Source of the DNA: Patescibacteria group bacterium
GTDB lineage: Bacteria > Patescibacteriota > Patescibacteriia > UBA9934 > GWF2-40-263
Direction of reading: 5' to 3'
Length of the DNA stretch: 64,000 nucleotides
Assembly (NCBI GenBank): GCA_038065075.1
Contig: JBBTRQ010000019.1
Coordinates: forward strand, 9,456 to 73,455
Shown here: in pieces, positions 63,663-64,000 of the stretch
How positions within the stretch are numbered: position 1 is the stretch's first letter
How the letters are laid out: every line of letters starts with the position of its first letter
Program-made: the position numbers and the translations under genes
The notes under the pieces: generated by a model
What the model was told of the DNA's origin: nothing
Seen by the model: the letters and a program-made list of their open reading frames with translations, nothing else
Database searches by the model: none

Positions 63663-63691
63663 TTGACAAGATCGGGGTTGGATGCTATATT
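63663..63691 (+). promoter_or_regulatory. Near-consensus sigma70 promoter
   Basis: TTGACA-17-TATATT with TG extension. Confidence 0.75.
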
Positions 63692-63697
63692 CTAATG

Positions 63698-63772
63698 TGG
63701 AATTGACCTTGATCCGAATTGTGGCGTTAATCGCCGCGTTCCCTTTATGGGATAGGATCAAGGTTTTCTGTT
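63698..63772 (+). ncRNA. Small structured RNA antisense to the 3' end of the DUF3800 gene
   Basis: ACCTTGATCC/GGATCAAGGT stem enclosing GGCG/CGCC and TCCC/GGGA hairpins; promoter upstream, U-rich tail. Confidence 0.6.
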
Positions 63773-64000
63773 GGCCAAATTTGAACGCGAATCTCACGAT
63801 GAGCGATGTATCGGCGGAACGAGTCCGAACCTTTTCTTTGGTTTGTGACAGACCTATTCACGATGCTTGCGACGTAATCGGCGAGTTGAAGCAAACTATT
63901 GCTATCAGACCTCTGCATCTTTACTTTCCCAACTCGATATCGCGCATCATTCATTTTTCGACGTAGGTAAGTTGCAAGCTGTCTCTTAAACTCCAAATTG
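63745..64000 (-). CDS. DUF3800 family protein, C-terminal part (runs off window)
   Basis: S..NSLLQLADYVAS (QxxD) motif. Confidence 0.75.
   Translation of the reverse strand, partial: NLEFKRQLATYLRRKMNDARYRVGKVKMQRSDSNSLLQLADYVASIVNRSVTNQRKGSDSFRRYIAHREIRVQIWPTENLDPIP

Overview
A 64-kb chromosomal segment whose gene content points to Patescibacteria (CPR), possibly Ca. Uhrbacteria-like; this taxonomy is inferred, not searched. Most genes lie on the minus strand. Core genes include greA, mutY, rpoD, dnaG, lgt, gatAC, ligA, pilD/pilin/pilM, rnhA, recJ, lepA, dusB, dnaX, cysS, mraZ-rsmH-ftsL, uvrC, uvrA, tRNA-Ser(GGA) and tRNA-Gln(CUG). The strongest candidate for an undescribed system is a 7.6-kb accessory operon (30321-37905). 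It runs DUF1257-like, DUF2997-like, NrdG-like radical SAM, WD40, AAA ATPase with a long coiled-coil insert, WD40, WD40. The three 1032-bp WD40 genes are mosaic paralogs, and four gene junctions carry the same ~100-nt element whose substitutions preserve RNA base-pairing on the mRNA strand. Other notable items: a three-gene wHTH/wHTH/wHTH-HEPN island bounded by a 33-bp direct repeat at tRNA-Ser; four unannotated structured ncRNA candidates (~2111-2233, ~5028-5266, ~17738-17908 with a tRNA-like domain, and one antisense to a DUF3800 gene end); many REP-like palindromes inserted in frame in core genes; a tandem pair of SemiSWEET-like genes; and apparently leaderless core genes. No CRISPR array, transposase, integrase or rRNA was seen. 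Family assignments come from motif recognition by eye.
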